Shown: positions 10,706-24,372, numbered from the stretch's first letter. The stretch is DNA of 64,000 nucleotides from Elephas maximus (GCF_024166365.1 NC_064841.1:46375680-46439679), one strand, 5' to 3'. The notes: generated by a model not told the origin, from the sequence alone. Made by a program: numbers and translations.

Positions 10706-13700
10706 GGTCTGGACTGCTTACGGTAAGGGCCACCAACCAGTCTGACTTCTACCTTAGCATTCTAGGTCATATATGAGCCCCTGGGAAAAGTCTTGGGAAG
10801 GCAGGTGATGAAAGTCATTGTCTGTGTGGCGGCCTCACTGGCTTTGCAGGAGTCACGTTTCATCCTCCTAGTACAGACTGCAATCCTCACTCAATGAACA
10901 GGATACCACCATTGAGAACCGCTGATGCTATTACAGGTAGCTGCCAGCCCTTGTCATATTTTATTATAATCCAGACCGACTGACTTTGAAACACTAAGAT
11001 ATCAGAAAAATCTTTAGAGATTGAAATTCCTATTATACATAAAACTATTTGTACACAGTTTTACAATGCCCAACAAGACTGACTCTGGTCTAGTCACTTT
11101 TTGTTTTCTCACATATAAAAAGTTCTAACTGGGCCTATTGAAAGTGTTCCTCCCCCTTTATATGAAACTTAGCATCTCTAATGGAAATAAGCAGGGATAT
11201 TGGTATGAACTTGACAAAAATGCATCTATGAAATAAATCTAGGGTTCTCTAAAAACTGTGCTTTGTACATTACTAGAAAATCAGTTCTTCTAAAAAAAGT
11301 CATTTTAAATATTATTCTTCAGTTACATTAATAATAATAATAATGAGCAATTGTTTAATCCAAGCTTTACTTCTTTACTATTTAAGATTAATCACATTGA
11401 AAGCCCAGTTTTCTTTGACATTAAATTCAGTGCTTTCCGCCACACTACCTCACATAAATGTGAAAAATCCTGTGTTTGAGATTTCTTTCTGTGAAATGCA
11501 GATTAGCAATCAGAGCAAGAATAATTTTCTCAATATGTAAAGATAAATAATTTAACCATGAGTTAACAACAATACGTACTCTTTTCTCAACTGCCACAAA
11601 GCTTGTAAACTGTGTTAGGAGAGAGTTTTCTTTACTGATTTTAATAATCAGAGATTTCAAGACTTGCTTCTTCATCTAGAATAGAATAAAACAAATGACA
11701 TCATGTCCTGTTATATTTTTTACTATTTACCTACATATGACCAATTAAAAGAGTATTAAGTAATCTAAAAAGTTATTTTTCTATGACAAATAAATCATTT
11801 CATTAGTATTTCAAACTATTTAGTCAATGATCCTAGGTAAATATCAAATAGGTGACTCCAATGTTTCCTGCAAAATAGGATCAACTGAAGAGCTAATTTG
11901 GAAAAAATAATTCATATTTATGTAGCTCTTTATAATTTCTCATTCTTTTACAGACAACCTGTAAGGCAGATGTCTGGTTCCCCTTCTAAAGAAAAGGAAT
12001 CAAGGCTTGGAAAGGTTAGATGACTTGTCAGTGGCAGGGCTGATCAGGAGCCATGCCGCCTAGCTCTTAGTTCAGTGCTGCCTCTCAGAGGAAAAAAGGA
12101 CCTTAAGAAAACTGAACACAAAGCTGCTAATCAGAGGGCAATAAAGGAGTCCTGCGAAAAGCAAGAGGTAGTTTTTTACTGGCCAGGACTGCTTGGAGGG
12201 CGTCCAGGCTCTTGAGTGGCACACAGGCACCTTCCTTTAGGGATGGCACTGAGCACTGATGCTCCCAGCCACATTTGAGATTCCAGCCCGTGAGAGACAC
12301 CAGAACAGTCAGAGTAGGTGGCTGAGTAGACCCTTGTCTGGAGGACATCAGCACAGTGAGGAGTGGCTTTGTCTCTTCTGTATGTCCTGAGGCAGGTTCC
12401 CAATCCCTTGTGCACTTGAGTTTCTCATTAGTAAAATGGGGATACTAACACCTACAACATGGGTTTGTTATAAGAATGAAATGAGGTCATGTGCATTACA
12501 GACACTTAGTAAATGTTCTCTTTCCTCCCTTGGCTGAATTCTCAGGAAACCACTAACATTCTTTCCCTAGGTAATTCATTCAACATGCATTTACTGAGCA
12601 CCCTGCACCCCAGGTACAGATATAACAGAGACAATGATGAAGCCTCCCACAACCACACTCATCTTTTCCACCCAGCTGTCCTGATTTGACATGTTTGAAG
12701 ATAACTCAATTTAAGAATGACCAAGAACAACGCATAATGGTTTCTACTATGAAAAAAACAGACCTGGTGATGTGTTTCATTTTCATGGAGAATGCCATAT
12801 TCAAAATCTCTAATGAGAGCTCGGGCTGTCAGCTTGTGAATCATCTATGTTTAAGAGGCAAAGGAAAAAAGATTCCAATGGCTTCTAATTAAAGACTTGC
12901 ATAGAAAACCAGTTTTTAAATTGAAGTATAATTTACATACATTAAATGCACCCTTCTTAAGTGTAGTTTGATTTAACAAATGTATACAGTTACACAACCG
13001 AAATAAAGATACAGAGCATGTCCTTCACTTTAAAATATTACCCCTGCTCCTCTAACCAGCTCCAGCCCCTAGCAACAACCACTGATTGATCTGTTTTCCA
13101 TCCTTACAGTTTTGCCTTTTCTATGAAAGGCCAGTACATAAATTCAATTTATTTCAGAATTTTAAAACTGTTTCTTTCCTGCAGGAAGAGTCAGCTTAGT
13201 CCCTGTAATGCCCAACATGAACATATCCAACATTAATATACTCTGAAGAACAAGAGCAGCAAAAATTGCATTATGAAGGATTTCCTCCTTTTTCTCTCAG
13301 ATGACTAAGAAATGCAACTGATCTTGAATGGCAATATCTGCTTTTAGTGATAACTCCAATCCTGTAATTTTGTTCTTGATAAGGTCATAGTTCATAAAGT
13401 AAGCATGACTATTAAAACTTCCGCCCAGATTCAATTTTTAAAGCAATATAGCTTTAAGTTCTTAAGTTCCCTTAAGTTCTATATATAAATCACTATCAAG
13501 TAATAAGTCAAAAGTTACTGATTCAGTGTCAAAAAGTAAGACATATTTTATTTTTTAAAAACATCAACAACATCTGGGAAACAGTTTATCTGGTTATAAA
13601 AGTACTCCAATTAATAGCAAGCTATATGTGATTAGTATACATAAAGAATTTTCAAACTACAGTGGATTCAGTACTAATGCAAATACTGCAAATTTTTTTG

Positions 13701-14384
13701 ATAATTCATTTGCTTTTAACCCAAAAATAGAAAAAAACAAACATATTCTCAATATATGATATGGTTTACTCTTACTCTGGTGCTGTTATACTTAATATAT
13801 ATAAAAAAAAAATAGACCAGTAGCATTACACTTTTATTGTGTCATGGCTATCTTTGAGATCTCCCTAGAAAACTTTTCATGCATAAAATGCAATATTTAA
13901 TTTATTCACACCCATTGAAGCTCATCTACGGACACAGAACCCCAGATAAAGACCCTCTGCATTAGAAACTTAAGGAAAGTGTCCTCATTTGTACAGACAA
14001 CAATCCTTCACACTGCATGTTGAAATCTCAGCACAGAAAAACAACAAAAGAAGTAGATGAAGCATTATATATTAAAATATAAAATTACAGCTTTGGAACA
14101 CTTGGTCCATATTTTAAGTTTTAAATCTTACAGTTCCAGTTGTCTTCTGAAGTTCTGTAGTTGACACCATTGTACAAAATTCTTTCTCTTGAATTAATGC
14201 ACTTAGAGTTGCCTGAATTGGGGAAAAAAAAAATTCCTCATTGGCTTTTCAACTCCACAGTGTCTTGGTTAGTCTAACAGTGATTCCTTCAGTGATTTAT
14301 TCTCCCCTTTGAAATGGAATTTAAAGGCTCTCCAGCACTCCTGGTTAACCACCAGCTAGCCCTGGAGAAGGACATAGTGCTCGG

Positions 14385-14548
14385 TAAAGTAGAGCGTCAG
14401 TGAAGAAAAGGAAGACCCTTAACAAGATGGATTGACACAGTGGCCGCAGCAATGGGCTCAGGCATAACAATGATTGTGAGGATGGCTCAGGACCGGGCAG
14501 TGTTTTGCTCTGCTGCACAAGGGGTCACTATAAGTCAGAATTGACCCA
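14385..14548 (+). mobile_element. RTE 3' end fragment.
   Basis: It reads ...ttgacacagtggccgcagcaatgggctcaggcataacaatgattgtgaggatggctcaggaccgggcagtgttttgctctgctgcacaaggggtcactataagtcagaattgac. Confidence 0.75.
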
Positions 14549-17500
14549 ATGGTGCCTAACAAGAACATGTTCTCAGCAGCAGAAAGTTTGCCAGCATACT
14601 ATGATTTGGAAGGGGGTACAGGGAGGAGAAAAAAGAAAACAAGAAAAAGACAATTATTAGCAAACTACATTGCTCTTCCCATAGTAAAACAAATTATGTG
14701 CCTTCGTACCTGTGTGCAATGTGGAATAAACCCATAGACGAGGAGGAGGTCATTGTGGAACAAAGACTGCACCTGGGCTGGTGCCTGCAAAGGTTCAGGC
14801 AAATTCGTGCTTAGCTGCTGCCATTTGACAGAGACTGAGTGGCAACTTGGAGAGTGTAATCTAGTCATTTGGTCTTCTATCTATTCACAAAAGAGGGATT
14901 ATTCCTTTTTCAATTTTACATCCAGGAAACACAGAGCTCACAGTGTTATTTAACATTTAAAATAAATTTTACATTCAATCTTTTTGGATTGTTGCCATTT
15001 GTTTCTTTCTCTTTCCTGCTACAGGTACTTTTTTAAAAGCAACTATATCGAATTTTTTTATAATAGCACTATCACATAACTGAAATTCACAAAATGTCAT
15101 AAAATTATTTCATTAGCTAATTACTAAAATGCAACTATAGGTATAAATTCCATTTATAAAAATTCATGCTAACAAAACCTATGTAATACTTTACTTTTTA
15201 AAATCAACCCGTGACACTTTATAAAGCAGTAATCAAATTATGAGCTAGAAGAATGAGTCGATTAAGTATTGACTGTGTTCCTGCTAGGTACGAGGCAGAT
15301 GGTCATCAGGGCAGGTGGTCAGACCTTCAGTAGCTTTAGCCTCTTTAGGGCTCCTCATTCCATTAATGAAAGCATAGGAGTTACTGTCACTACCCTTGTT
15401 AGAATATTTCTACACATAAACAGAAGACTACATATAAGATGTTTAAAAATCATACCTGTGTTTTCCAACTATGTTTGGATTTTGAGTTAAAATATTCAAA
15501 TACTCCGGCACCACACTGGGACAAAGTCCTTAAGATATGACGATTTGCTGTAGAACTAATCACATTTCACGTTTCAATTTTCAAGAAATTTTAGAAAACT
15601 TTCGCAGTACATGTTAACAATGTTGACAAAGCTCAAAACTGAATAGAAGAAGCATTACATGAAGAAGAATTTACTCTTCTACATCTGAGGTTAGAGAGAG
15701 AAAATTTGTAATAGACAGTATGATATATCTGAAGGTTTGGGTAATTTCAGCTTCCACGTATCAGAGGACTTTCTTATCTTCGACTATAGAAATAAGGAAA
15801 AAGGTAGGAACTTTTGACTTTTGGTCTACCTAAGTAGGTAGATGATTCTGAAAAAACCCCAAAGGTATCAGAAGAGATCAACCTACTTCTGATGAATGTC
15901 AAAGTTACCCGAACCGGATCCCAAAGGCCAAGAACTGGCAAAAGTGTTAATAGTCTACCTCTTAAATTGTATTACATCACTTCTAGATAGCACAAGTTAT
16001 AAAAGAAGTAATTCTCACTCTAGCTAAGAAAATTTTTTATATTTAAGTGATAAGTATCCTATTAAGATTCTCTCAATAATCAAGAATGCCTTTCTTGGGA
16101 AGTTTCTTCCTGAAATATTATGGAAATGATCAATTATTTTTCAGAAAAAAAGTTTAAAATTATTTCTAAGATATTTTTTAGCCCAAGCTAAAGACTGATT
16201 TTATCTTTTGTCCTCAAAATTAACTGACAATGATTATGATGTTGATTAGAAAATCCTTAAGACAAAGGTTATTAGTATTTTCTAGATTTCGTCAGTTAGG
16301 CTAGTTAGAATCTTTTTTGTGCCCCATTGTGTGGACTGCAGAGGACAAGTTATTTCAACAGGAAAAAGGCAGAACCGATGATCACTATTACTACAGAACC
16401 TGTACTAGAGTTTGTAAATATAAAATGTAGGTATAAAACAAGGCAGTAGCATTTAGAAAGATCATGACATAAATCATGATAATTGTAGCTCCTTCAGGCT
16501 GGGTCCTGTAACCAGCACAGCATCACTCCTCAGGGGAGGCTTTCTGACTCATGGTTCTACCCCCTCCAGCCCCACTCACCCTTGATCACAACTTCCCTAT
16601 TTCCTTACCAGCACTTGAGAAAACCTGAACTCACCCTCTAATTTGCAGGATTACTTGTTGACTGTCTGCCCCCTAGAATGAAAACTTCTTAACACAGGAC
16701 TCTTCCAGTCTCTCCTGGTACCGCGCCTCAGTGCCTAGCACAGTCTACCTTGTGATGAGCGCTCAGTGAGTAAGGGCAGAAATAAATGGTGCCGTCTGAG
16801 CCACAGCATCTGAACCTTGCTCTTTAGCATGGTCTAGTCTTCTCCAAAGAAGTATAAGCAGGCCTGTTCCATGGTAGTGTGGAGTCTGATGGAGGGGAAG
16901 TAGGCAGTGTTGTCATACACCAGGAAAAATTTACTGGAGCATTGGCTCAGGCAGGGATACTACCAGTGGAAAGGAGAAGACGGATCCCTACAGTATGGAC
17001 TAGTCCCAAGTTCACAGGTGCTACCTAATCATGTAAAGCCTCATTACTACAAACTCCTGCTAGAGTCCGCTCAAGGTTGAATAAATTTAATATGGTCTGT
17101 GACGCCCTGATAGGCCTTGGATGTCACAGGGCAGGAGCTGTGACTGCGAAGGAGGGGACGAAAAGAGAGACAGAGTGTCTAGCACTCTGGGGCAGGCAGG
17201 TCTGGCCTGAGTGCAGTGGAGCAAGCATCCAAGGGCCCTGGGCTCCTGGAGCATCCAGAGAACACAGCTGACCTGTACTTCCTGCCCCCACCCCCATCCC
17301 CTCAAAGTGTCAAGGTGAGGGTATGTTTAGAGTACCGGGAGATGAGTTGGATCCTTGTATTGCCTCAGAACAAAGAAAGCTGGCAGGTCTTTTTCTGGAA
17401 GGGTGTCTGCAGGGCAAGTACAGGGGGCTTCAGGGACAAGCCCAGAGGATTATGCTGTATGCAAACATCAGTATAGCACTTTCTGTTCAGTATTTTCCTT

Positions 17501-18089
17501 CTATTTCCACCACATACCTTAGTTCAATCAGAAGAAGCAAAATATAATGGAAAGGGGGTCAATTCCGAAATCAAGGGGTTTTCACTTCCATGTAGGAATA
17601 TTCTATTTAAAGTCTACCTTATAAAGTTCAAATGCTCACAGTAGCCAGAAAAGTAATATGAACAAGCAAAACAAACTGGGTGGGGACTGTCTAACTAGCC
17701 TGCCCAGGCCTGCCTGAAGTAGCAGCAGGCGCTGCTTAGCTCCAGTCAAACATAGCTCTGTGAAAATGTGCTCCGAGAACCTCAGACATCTCGAGGCAGA
17801 TTGGAAATTTGGGTTTTATGTAAAATAATAATATCCAACATTTATTTGGTGCTTACCGTGTGTCAGGTTCAGTTTCAAGTGCTTTCCTTAAGTGATTTAA
17901 TTTTTACAATAAGCCTATAAGGTAGATATTTTTATTATATCTTCATTTTATAGATAACAGGTTAAGCAACTTGCCCAAGGTCACAGCTAACAAATGGCTG
18001 ACTTAGGTTTTGAAACCCATGTGGTCTGGCTCCAGAGGCTTTGCTCTTCATCTCTGCCCTACACAGCTTTTACATACTGTTATCACTTC

Positions 18090-18250
18090 ATGGGAGCCCT
18101 GGTAGCACAATGGTTAAGCACTCAGCTGCTAAACAAAAGGTCCGCAGTTCGAACCCATCAGCCACTCCACAGGAAAAAGATGTGGCAGTTTGTTTCCGTA
18201 AAGATTACAGCCTATTTATGAGTCAGAAGCGACGCGATGTCAGTGTTTTG
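18090..18250 (+). mobile_element. AfroSINE-type SINE.
   Basis: It begins gggagccctggtagcacaatggttaagcactcagctgctaaacaaaaggtccgcagttcgaacccatcagcc.... Confidence 0.85.
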
Positions 18251-18329
18251 TTTTTTTTTTTAATTAACTTCAAAACTTTCAAAAACCCTGGGCAAACCAA
18301 CCAAAAAGCCTGCCTGCAGGACTACTCAC

Positions 18330-18517
18330 CCAGTGCCACAGGTGAACATCCTGGTGTGCTGGACATTTCTTTTCACAAGCTTGAATGTTAGGCTCTCGTT
18401 CTGAATGTGCCCATCAGATATAAGGAGGATGTTCCGTAGCCCCTGAGAAGGGTACAGCAAATTTAAATATCGGAGAGTTTTCCAGAAGTCTGTATTTCCC
18501 ATGGTAGGTGTAGCAGC
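18330..18517 (-). CDS. VWA5-family gene, VWA-domain exon. It encodes AATPTMGNTDFWKTLRYLNLLYPSQGLRNILLISDGHIQNESLTFKLVKRNVQHTRMFTCGT(G) (phase 0 to 2).
   Basis: Acceptor tcatttcctccag|GCTGCT and donor CACTGG|gtgagt. It aligns to VWA5A ADLGGTEILAPLQNIY...LQLFVFTDGEVTDTFSVIKEVRINRQKHRCFSFGIGEG. Confidence 0.65.
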
Positions 18518-19119
18518 CTGGAGGAAATGAAGAAAGAGATTGTTTACTCATTGTTGGGAATATTCACCATGAACTGTCATCATTTCCTGAAACACATGCC
18601 TCCTAGAGATACTGTCATTGAAAATTTTCCTTTTTTCTACTTATACATTTACGGAACAACTATACTGACATCCTTTGAGTTTACTTTCATGTCACACTGT
18701 AATGATATTTTTACTTTGCATCTATTTACTTTTTTACAGTTTTCAAAGAACTATTACATACACTTCACTTAATGGGACAAAACATCATATAAAAGTTTGC
18801 CAATCTAGGCTGAAGCAGAGTCTGGTCACTCTTAGCTTGCCCCAAACAAACAAACAGAGAGAAGAAAACACTCTAAAACATTAATGGTGGTTACATTTGG
18901 ATGGTGGGACTACTGTTGATTTTTTCTTTCTACTCTTTTTTAATATCCAATATTTCTTTAATGAGTACATATCACTTTTATTAATAAAATAAAAAAACCT
19001 GCCAATATACAAAAACTGAAGAACTAGGGCTTTTCTGATAGTGACCTCATGGAGAGTGAGTCCTCAACAGTACTACTCAATAGAAAAACGCTCAGATCAA
19101 GGAAGGCACTTTTACTTAC

Positions 19120-19187
19120 CATAATGAACTCTGTTGGCATATCATTACTTGTGATATACTTAGGGTATGAAAATAATTCCTTGTAAC
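19120..19187 (-). CDS. VWA5-family gene, VWA-domain exon. It encodes (S)YKELFSYPKYITSNDMPTEFIM (phase 1 to 0).
   Basis: Acceptor tcttattatgcag|GTTACAAGG and donor CATTATG|gtaagt. The phases fit both neighbouring exons. It matches VWA5A SYEACFPESVKYTQQTMEEAL. Confidence 0.5.
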
Positions 19188-20263
19188 CTGCATAATAAGA
19201 TTGGCATGCAGTGTTACCATTAAATATTCACTTTATTGACTATTAATAAACACCTGTACCACAACTGCTAACTTAAAGACTATATTATACATTTATGCGC
19301 ATACCTTACTTTTAAGAAAACTATCTTTTCTCATTTTAACACAGTATATTCAAAATGTGCATTTCACTATTCACTATTCAAAATGTTATGAGTCAAATTA
19401 AATGCGTAGACCTCTGTTCTGTAATATATCATGAATGTAAAGGTGCAAAGGGTCCCAAATTGCACAGGCAGGTTGACCATGATGAAAGGTGTACTCTCCA
19501 TGCATGTGCTTTGCACTCCTCATGCTAACGTGACCTCTACCCCCTGCAGCATGCAGATCCCAGCTCAACTGTAAAGTAGGACAGGCTTTTTGCTGAATGA
19601 CACAGAATATAACAATCACCGGAAAGTGGTATACCTCCTCATTCCACTCTATGTTCCTTCTTTCATTCCTAAAGAGGTGCCTTTTGGAGGCTGAGATGTT
19701 TCAGTGGCCCAACCTGGAGGATGGGGTTACTTTTCTTCTGATAGTGCTCATCTGATGTTTTCTGACCATTCCTTATAGATATTCTACGACTATACTGATT
19801 TCAAATATTCTGTTCTTATTCTTAGGACCTTCATTCATGTCAGATCATGGGCTTTGCTTTTGGTTCAGTCAGTAGTAATACTAATAGTTATATTTACAGG
19901 GCACTTACTATGTACTATGCACTGCTTTAAGCACTTAATCCTCAAAACAACCCTATGAGGTAGGGCCTACGTATTAACATCTTTTACAGATGAATAAAGT
20001 GAAGCATAAAAAGTTCAAGAAACCTGCATAAGATGACACATATAGCTAGAAGGTGGTTACTGCTGTTGTTGCCATCGAGTCGATTCCAACTCATGACCAC
20101 CCCGTGTATAAGCAGTAAAGCCAAAATTTGAACCCAGGCAATCTGGCTCCAGAGCTACCTTTCACTCTATGAATGAGTTTGGGTTCACTGATTCAGCTCT
20201 ACACGAGAGTATGTTCATATTATAGAGGAAGCTCACTTTGGCTCAGAGCCACAGAATACTTAC

Positions 20264-20459
20264 TTGTGCCAAACTTGACAATGTTTATTTTTTGGTTCTT
20301 ATCCACCAGGGACAGTGCATATAAGGCAATTTTCTTGGCTTGCAAGAATGCCTCACCCTCCATAGAATTGGAACAATCAAGACAGATAATAACTTCACTT
20401 TTCTTGGCTGTTTCAGGGAGGGTGATATTAAAATCTGGCTGAAAGACAAGCATGCAAGC
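20264..20459 (-). CDS. VWA5-family gene, first VWA-domain exon with the MIDAS motif. It encodes ACMLVFQPDFNITLPETAKKSEVIICLDCSNSMEGEAFLQAKKIALYALSLVDKNQKINIVKFGT(S) (phase 0 to 1).
   Basis: Acceptor c(t)13ctttTag|GCTTGC and donor GGCACAA|gtaagt. The DxSxS MIDAS motif is DCSNSM. It aligns to VWA5A AMVSFYPNIPEDQPSNTCGEFIFLMDRSGSM...IQAAKETLILLLKSL...FNIYGFGSS. It falls within the 20220..20453 minus ORF of the track. Confidence 0.65.
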
Positions 20460-20764
20460 CTAAAAGAAAAAAAAAAAAGAGCTTCTTATATCTGTACTAC
20501 TTTATGTGTTAAGAAGCCATAAAATTTCAATCTAAAAGCCTACCTACACAATCTTTCTAAATGGTGGTCAAAAAGTAAAGACACGTCATTGGGATACAGT
20601 AACAGAGAAAAAAATGGCTTATTAAAAACTGGTGACAAGCACCAGGGCTCAGGTAAGCTATTACTCACTGGGTTCCAAACTCTGATAGGTATGCATCATG
20701 TACAGTGATAATAGCTGGCAAGAAAAATCTTACAAACCTCAAAGAAGCGAAAGGATAAACCCAC

Positions 20765-20765
<1 letters not shown>

Positions 20766-20802
<37 letters not shown>

Positions 20803-20810
20803 AGAGACAT
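20766..20810. repeat. (GT)n microsatellite of about 22 units.
   Basis: An uninterrupted gtgt run. The track's 20696..20878 'ORF' with THTHTHT is its translation. Confidence 0.95.
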
Positions 20811-21299
20811 AGCACACCCAATGCATGAAATTCATGCCTATGGAAAAGATAAATTAAAATGTGCTTATTAATTGACATACCCTTTAACTACCATGCTTCA
20901 CTGTGGCATTTGAAAAATGGTATCATTTATATGAAGCTATATAAATTAAATGGTATCATTTATATGAAGCTATATAAATTACATATTATAAAAAATGCTA
21001 TAATTTATATAAAAATAACACTTCAGGCATAGCTCCAAAGTACAAAACATATAGCTAAGATCTGTAGAATTTGCATCAATGCGCAATTTTTATTAGAAAA
21101 GACCTATGTAAAATTCCAAAATTTTCTTGTAAGGTAAAATAATACCATAAAAATAAAAATAATTAAGATTTATTCAACAACAAGGTAGTTGACTAAGAGT
21201 TCAAATAAAAAGTAGAATGTCAGTGCTGGAGTTTCCAACAGGTAGGCCATGAGCCCACGTGAGGCGAGAAATGAATACAATGGTCTAAAAATCCTTGTG

Positions 21300-23080
21300 T
21301 GGCAAACACCAGAAGATAAGCTAGATAGCCGGGATCTTCTAAAAATTAAACATTTATGTTCATAAAAAGACTTCGCCAAAAGAGTAAAAAGAGAACCTAT
21401 GGACTGGGAAAAAAAAATCGGCTATGACGAATCTGACAAAGGTCTAATCTCTAAAATCTATAAGAAAATCCAATACCTCTACAACAAAAAGGCAAATAAT
21501 CCAATTAAAAAATGGCAAAGAATATACACAGACACTTTACCTGAAGACATTCAGGCAGCTAAGAGAAACATGTGGAAAGGCTAGAGATCACTAGCCATTA
21601 AAAAAAAAAAAAAATTTCTTTTTTTTTTTACATGCAAATCAAAAATACAATGAGATACCATTTCACCCTGACACTACTGGCACAAATCAAAAAAAGGAAA
21701 AATAACAAATGTTGGAGAGGCTGCAGGAAGCTTGGAACTCTTACGCACTGCTGGTAGGAATCAAATAGTTTTTCATTTTGGAAAACGAGATGGTGCTTCT
21801 TAAAAAGCTAGAAACAGAAATAGCATACAATCCAGTAATCCCCCTCCTAGGAATACATCCTGGAAAAATAAGAGCTATCACATGAACGCATATGTGCTTT
21901 GCAGCATAATTCACAATAGCAAAAAGATGGAAACAACCTAAGTGCCCATCAACAGGTGAATGGATAAACAAACTATGGTACATACACACACTGGAATACT
22001 ATGCAATAATAAAGAACAATGATAAAGCTATGAAACAGCTCACAACATGGATGAATCTGGAGGGGATTATGCTGAGTGTAATAAGTCAATCACAAAAGGA
22101 CAAATAAAATGAGACCACTATTATAAAAACTCATGAAAAGGTTTACACAAAAAAATTTACAATTTTTGATGGTTACTAGGGAGGGGAGGTATGGGGAGGG
22201 AAAACACTCACTAGACAATAGATAAGAGGTAACTTTGGGGAGGAGTAAGACAGTACACAGTTCTGGGGAAGTCAGCACAACTTAACCAAGGCAAGGTCAT
22301 AGAAGCTTCACAGACACATCCAAACCTCCTGAGGGACCAAATTACTGGGCTTGGGGGCTGGGAACCATGGTCTCGGGGGACATCTAGCTCAAATGGCATA
22401 ACACAGTTTATAAAGAAAACGTTCTGTACCCTACTTTGGTGAGTAGCCTCTGGGGTCTTAAAAGGTTGTGAGCGGCCATCTAAGATACTCCACTGGTCCC
22501 GCCCTGTGTGGAGCAAGGGAGAATGAAGAAAACCAAAGACACAAGGGAAAGATTAGTCCAAAGGACTAATGGAACACAACTACCAGAGCCACCACCAGAC
22601 TGAGTCCAGCACAACCAGATGGTGCTGACTACCACCACCAACTGCTCTGACAGGGATCACAGTAGAAGGTGCCAGACAGAGCTGGAGAAAAATGTGGAAA
22701 AAAATTCTAACACAAAAAAAGACCAGACTTACTGGTCTGACAGAGATTAGAGAAACCCTGAGAGTATGGTCCCTGGACATCCTTTTAATTCAGTACTGAA
22801 GTCACTGGTGAGGTTCACCCTTCAGCCAAAGATTAGACAGGCTGATGAAACAAAACAGGACTAAATGGGTACATCAGCTCAGGGGCAGGGATAAGAAGGC
22901 AGGCGAGGGCAGGAAAGCTGGTAACAGGGAACCCAAGGTCGAGAGGGGAACAGTGTTGACATGTCTTGAGGTTGGAAGCCAATGTTACAAAACAATATAT
23001 GTATTAATTGCTTAAATGAGCAAACAGTTTGCTCTGTAAACCTTCATCTAAAGCACAATAAAAAAATAAAATAAAAATCC
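21300..23080 (+). mobile_element. 5'-truncated L1 (ORF2 C-terminal part, about 1-kb 3'UTR and poly(A)) with a 16-17-bp target-site duplication.
   Basis: ORF2 remnants are ...DESDKGLISKIYKKIQYLYNKKANNPIKKW... and ...[10 protein letters not shown].... The 3'UTR ends ccttcatctaaagcacaataaaaaaataaaataaaaa. The duplication aaaaatccttgtgtgg appears at 21284-21300 and 23082-23098. Confidence 0.85.
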
Positions 23081-23208
23081 TTGTGTGGTCCAACATTGTC
23101 TAATGCTATTTTTTCAGTATTATCAACAATTTGCAAATTTAAGTAACCAGTTTATTCTGAAATGTTTTTTCACGAGTGTCTCCTATTTCTAAGTAAGAAG
23201 CAGTATAC

Positions 23209-23346
23209 CTCACTTTCTTTCTCAGGATATTTTTCAACCCACATTCTTGGGAGATATGCATCAGACAAACCGATGTGGAGAGAAAATCCATTGCTGTCCA
23301 AGGAACTACCTTCCATAGTGCTAATTACAGCTTTGCAGTCTGTGCG
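23209..23346 (-). CDS. VWA5-family gene, exon at the VIT/VWA linker. It encodes RTDCKAVISTMEGSSLDSNGFSLHIGLSDAYLPRMWVEKYPEKESE (46 codons, phase 0 to 0).
   Basis: Acceptor ttattgtcattgttttgtag|CGCACAG. The donor GTGAG|gtatac is weak, but an in-frame stop follows soon after. It resembles VWA5A KTSAQVSLAAGHKFDRDVELLIYYNEVHTPSVVLE and joins in frame to the next exon. Confidence 0.45.
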
Positions 23347-24249
23347 CTACAAAACAATGACAATAAAGTAAATAATGGATTAATATCACATTATCAGTTT
23401 GCGTTTATCTGTCAAGTAGGAAACCCTAGTCATTCTCATTAATGAGCAATTGCACCAATTACATTAACATTAATGATCAATTACATTAACTACATTAATA
23501 ATACAGTCATATATAAAGTACAAAATTATGAAATGTAAGCTTTAGCAATGTGACCATTATCACATCAGTTACTCTCCCGAAATTCTAAGATTAATTTACA
23601 AAGACACATTTAGGCAGAAAAATGCAGTTTGAGACAGTCTCAAACCCTGGATCCAAAAAATATAGTCTGCATATTTAGATTTATCTGGATATAGCAGAAG
23701 GTTATATACACCAGATATATAGTATAACCTACAGTAGTAAAATAAACATAACCTACAGTAGTAAAATACAAAATTAAATAAAAATCTGAGAATTACATTT
23801 TAATAAATATGGAATGATTTTTTTAAATGCACATGATAAGCTTTAAGACAATAAAGACAATGTGGTAGATTGCAAATATGGCCACAAATCCTTTCCATCC
23901 TTGTATGTTTGCCATTTTGCAAGGTGGCTCAGCAGCTCCTCCCATCAGGAGGTGGCAACTATTTCTCCACCCATTGAATCTGGAGTTGAACATGTGACCT
24001 TCTTTGGCCCTTAACTAATGTGATATAAGCAGATGCCTAAAGAAAGTTTGTGTAACTGGGCTTGCCCTCTCTTGTTGCTACTGGGACCTCTCCCATTACT
24101 ATATGAATGAGCCTGAACTAACCAACTGGATGATAAGAGACATCCGGCCAACACTCCAGCAGCCAGGTATGTGAGTGGGGCTACCCTTGATCATCTTGTC
24201 CCAGCAAACCAACCCAGACCAGAACCGCCCATCAATCCACAGAACCATG

Positions 24250-24372
24250 AGAAATAATAAATGCTCAGGTCGCTAACCAAAATATCTGCAGTTTGAATCC
24301 ACCAGCTGCTCCTTAGAAACTCTATGAGGCAGTTCTACTCTGTCCTATAAGTTGAAATTGACTCAACAGCAA
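24250..24372 (+). mobile_element. AfroSINE fragment, 5'-truncated.
   Basis: It reads ...gctaaccaaaatatctgcagtttgaatccaccagctgctccttagaaactctatgaggcagttctactctgtcctataagttgaaattgactcaacagcaacagg. Confidence 0.75.

Noticed and set aside
12000-12420. Two overlapping minus-strand ORFs (75 and 79 aa) in a GC-richer patch.
   Set aside because: They have no homology to the VWA5-like protein or anything else I recognise. The region is adjacent to or overlapping an MIR element. The open frames are probably a by-product of base composition.
14132-14212. An 81-nt open segment with very strong minus-strand splice signals (t10ccccaattcag| and |gtaaga).
   Set aside because: It is not in the phase needed to follow the 18330 exon and shows no convincing similarity to VWA5A. 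I keep it only as an unverified candidate, not a feature.
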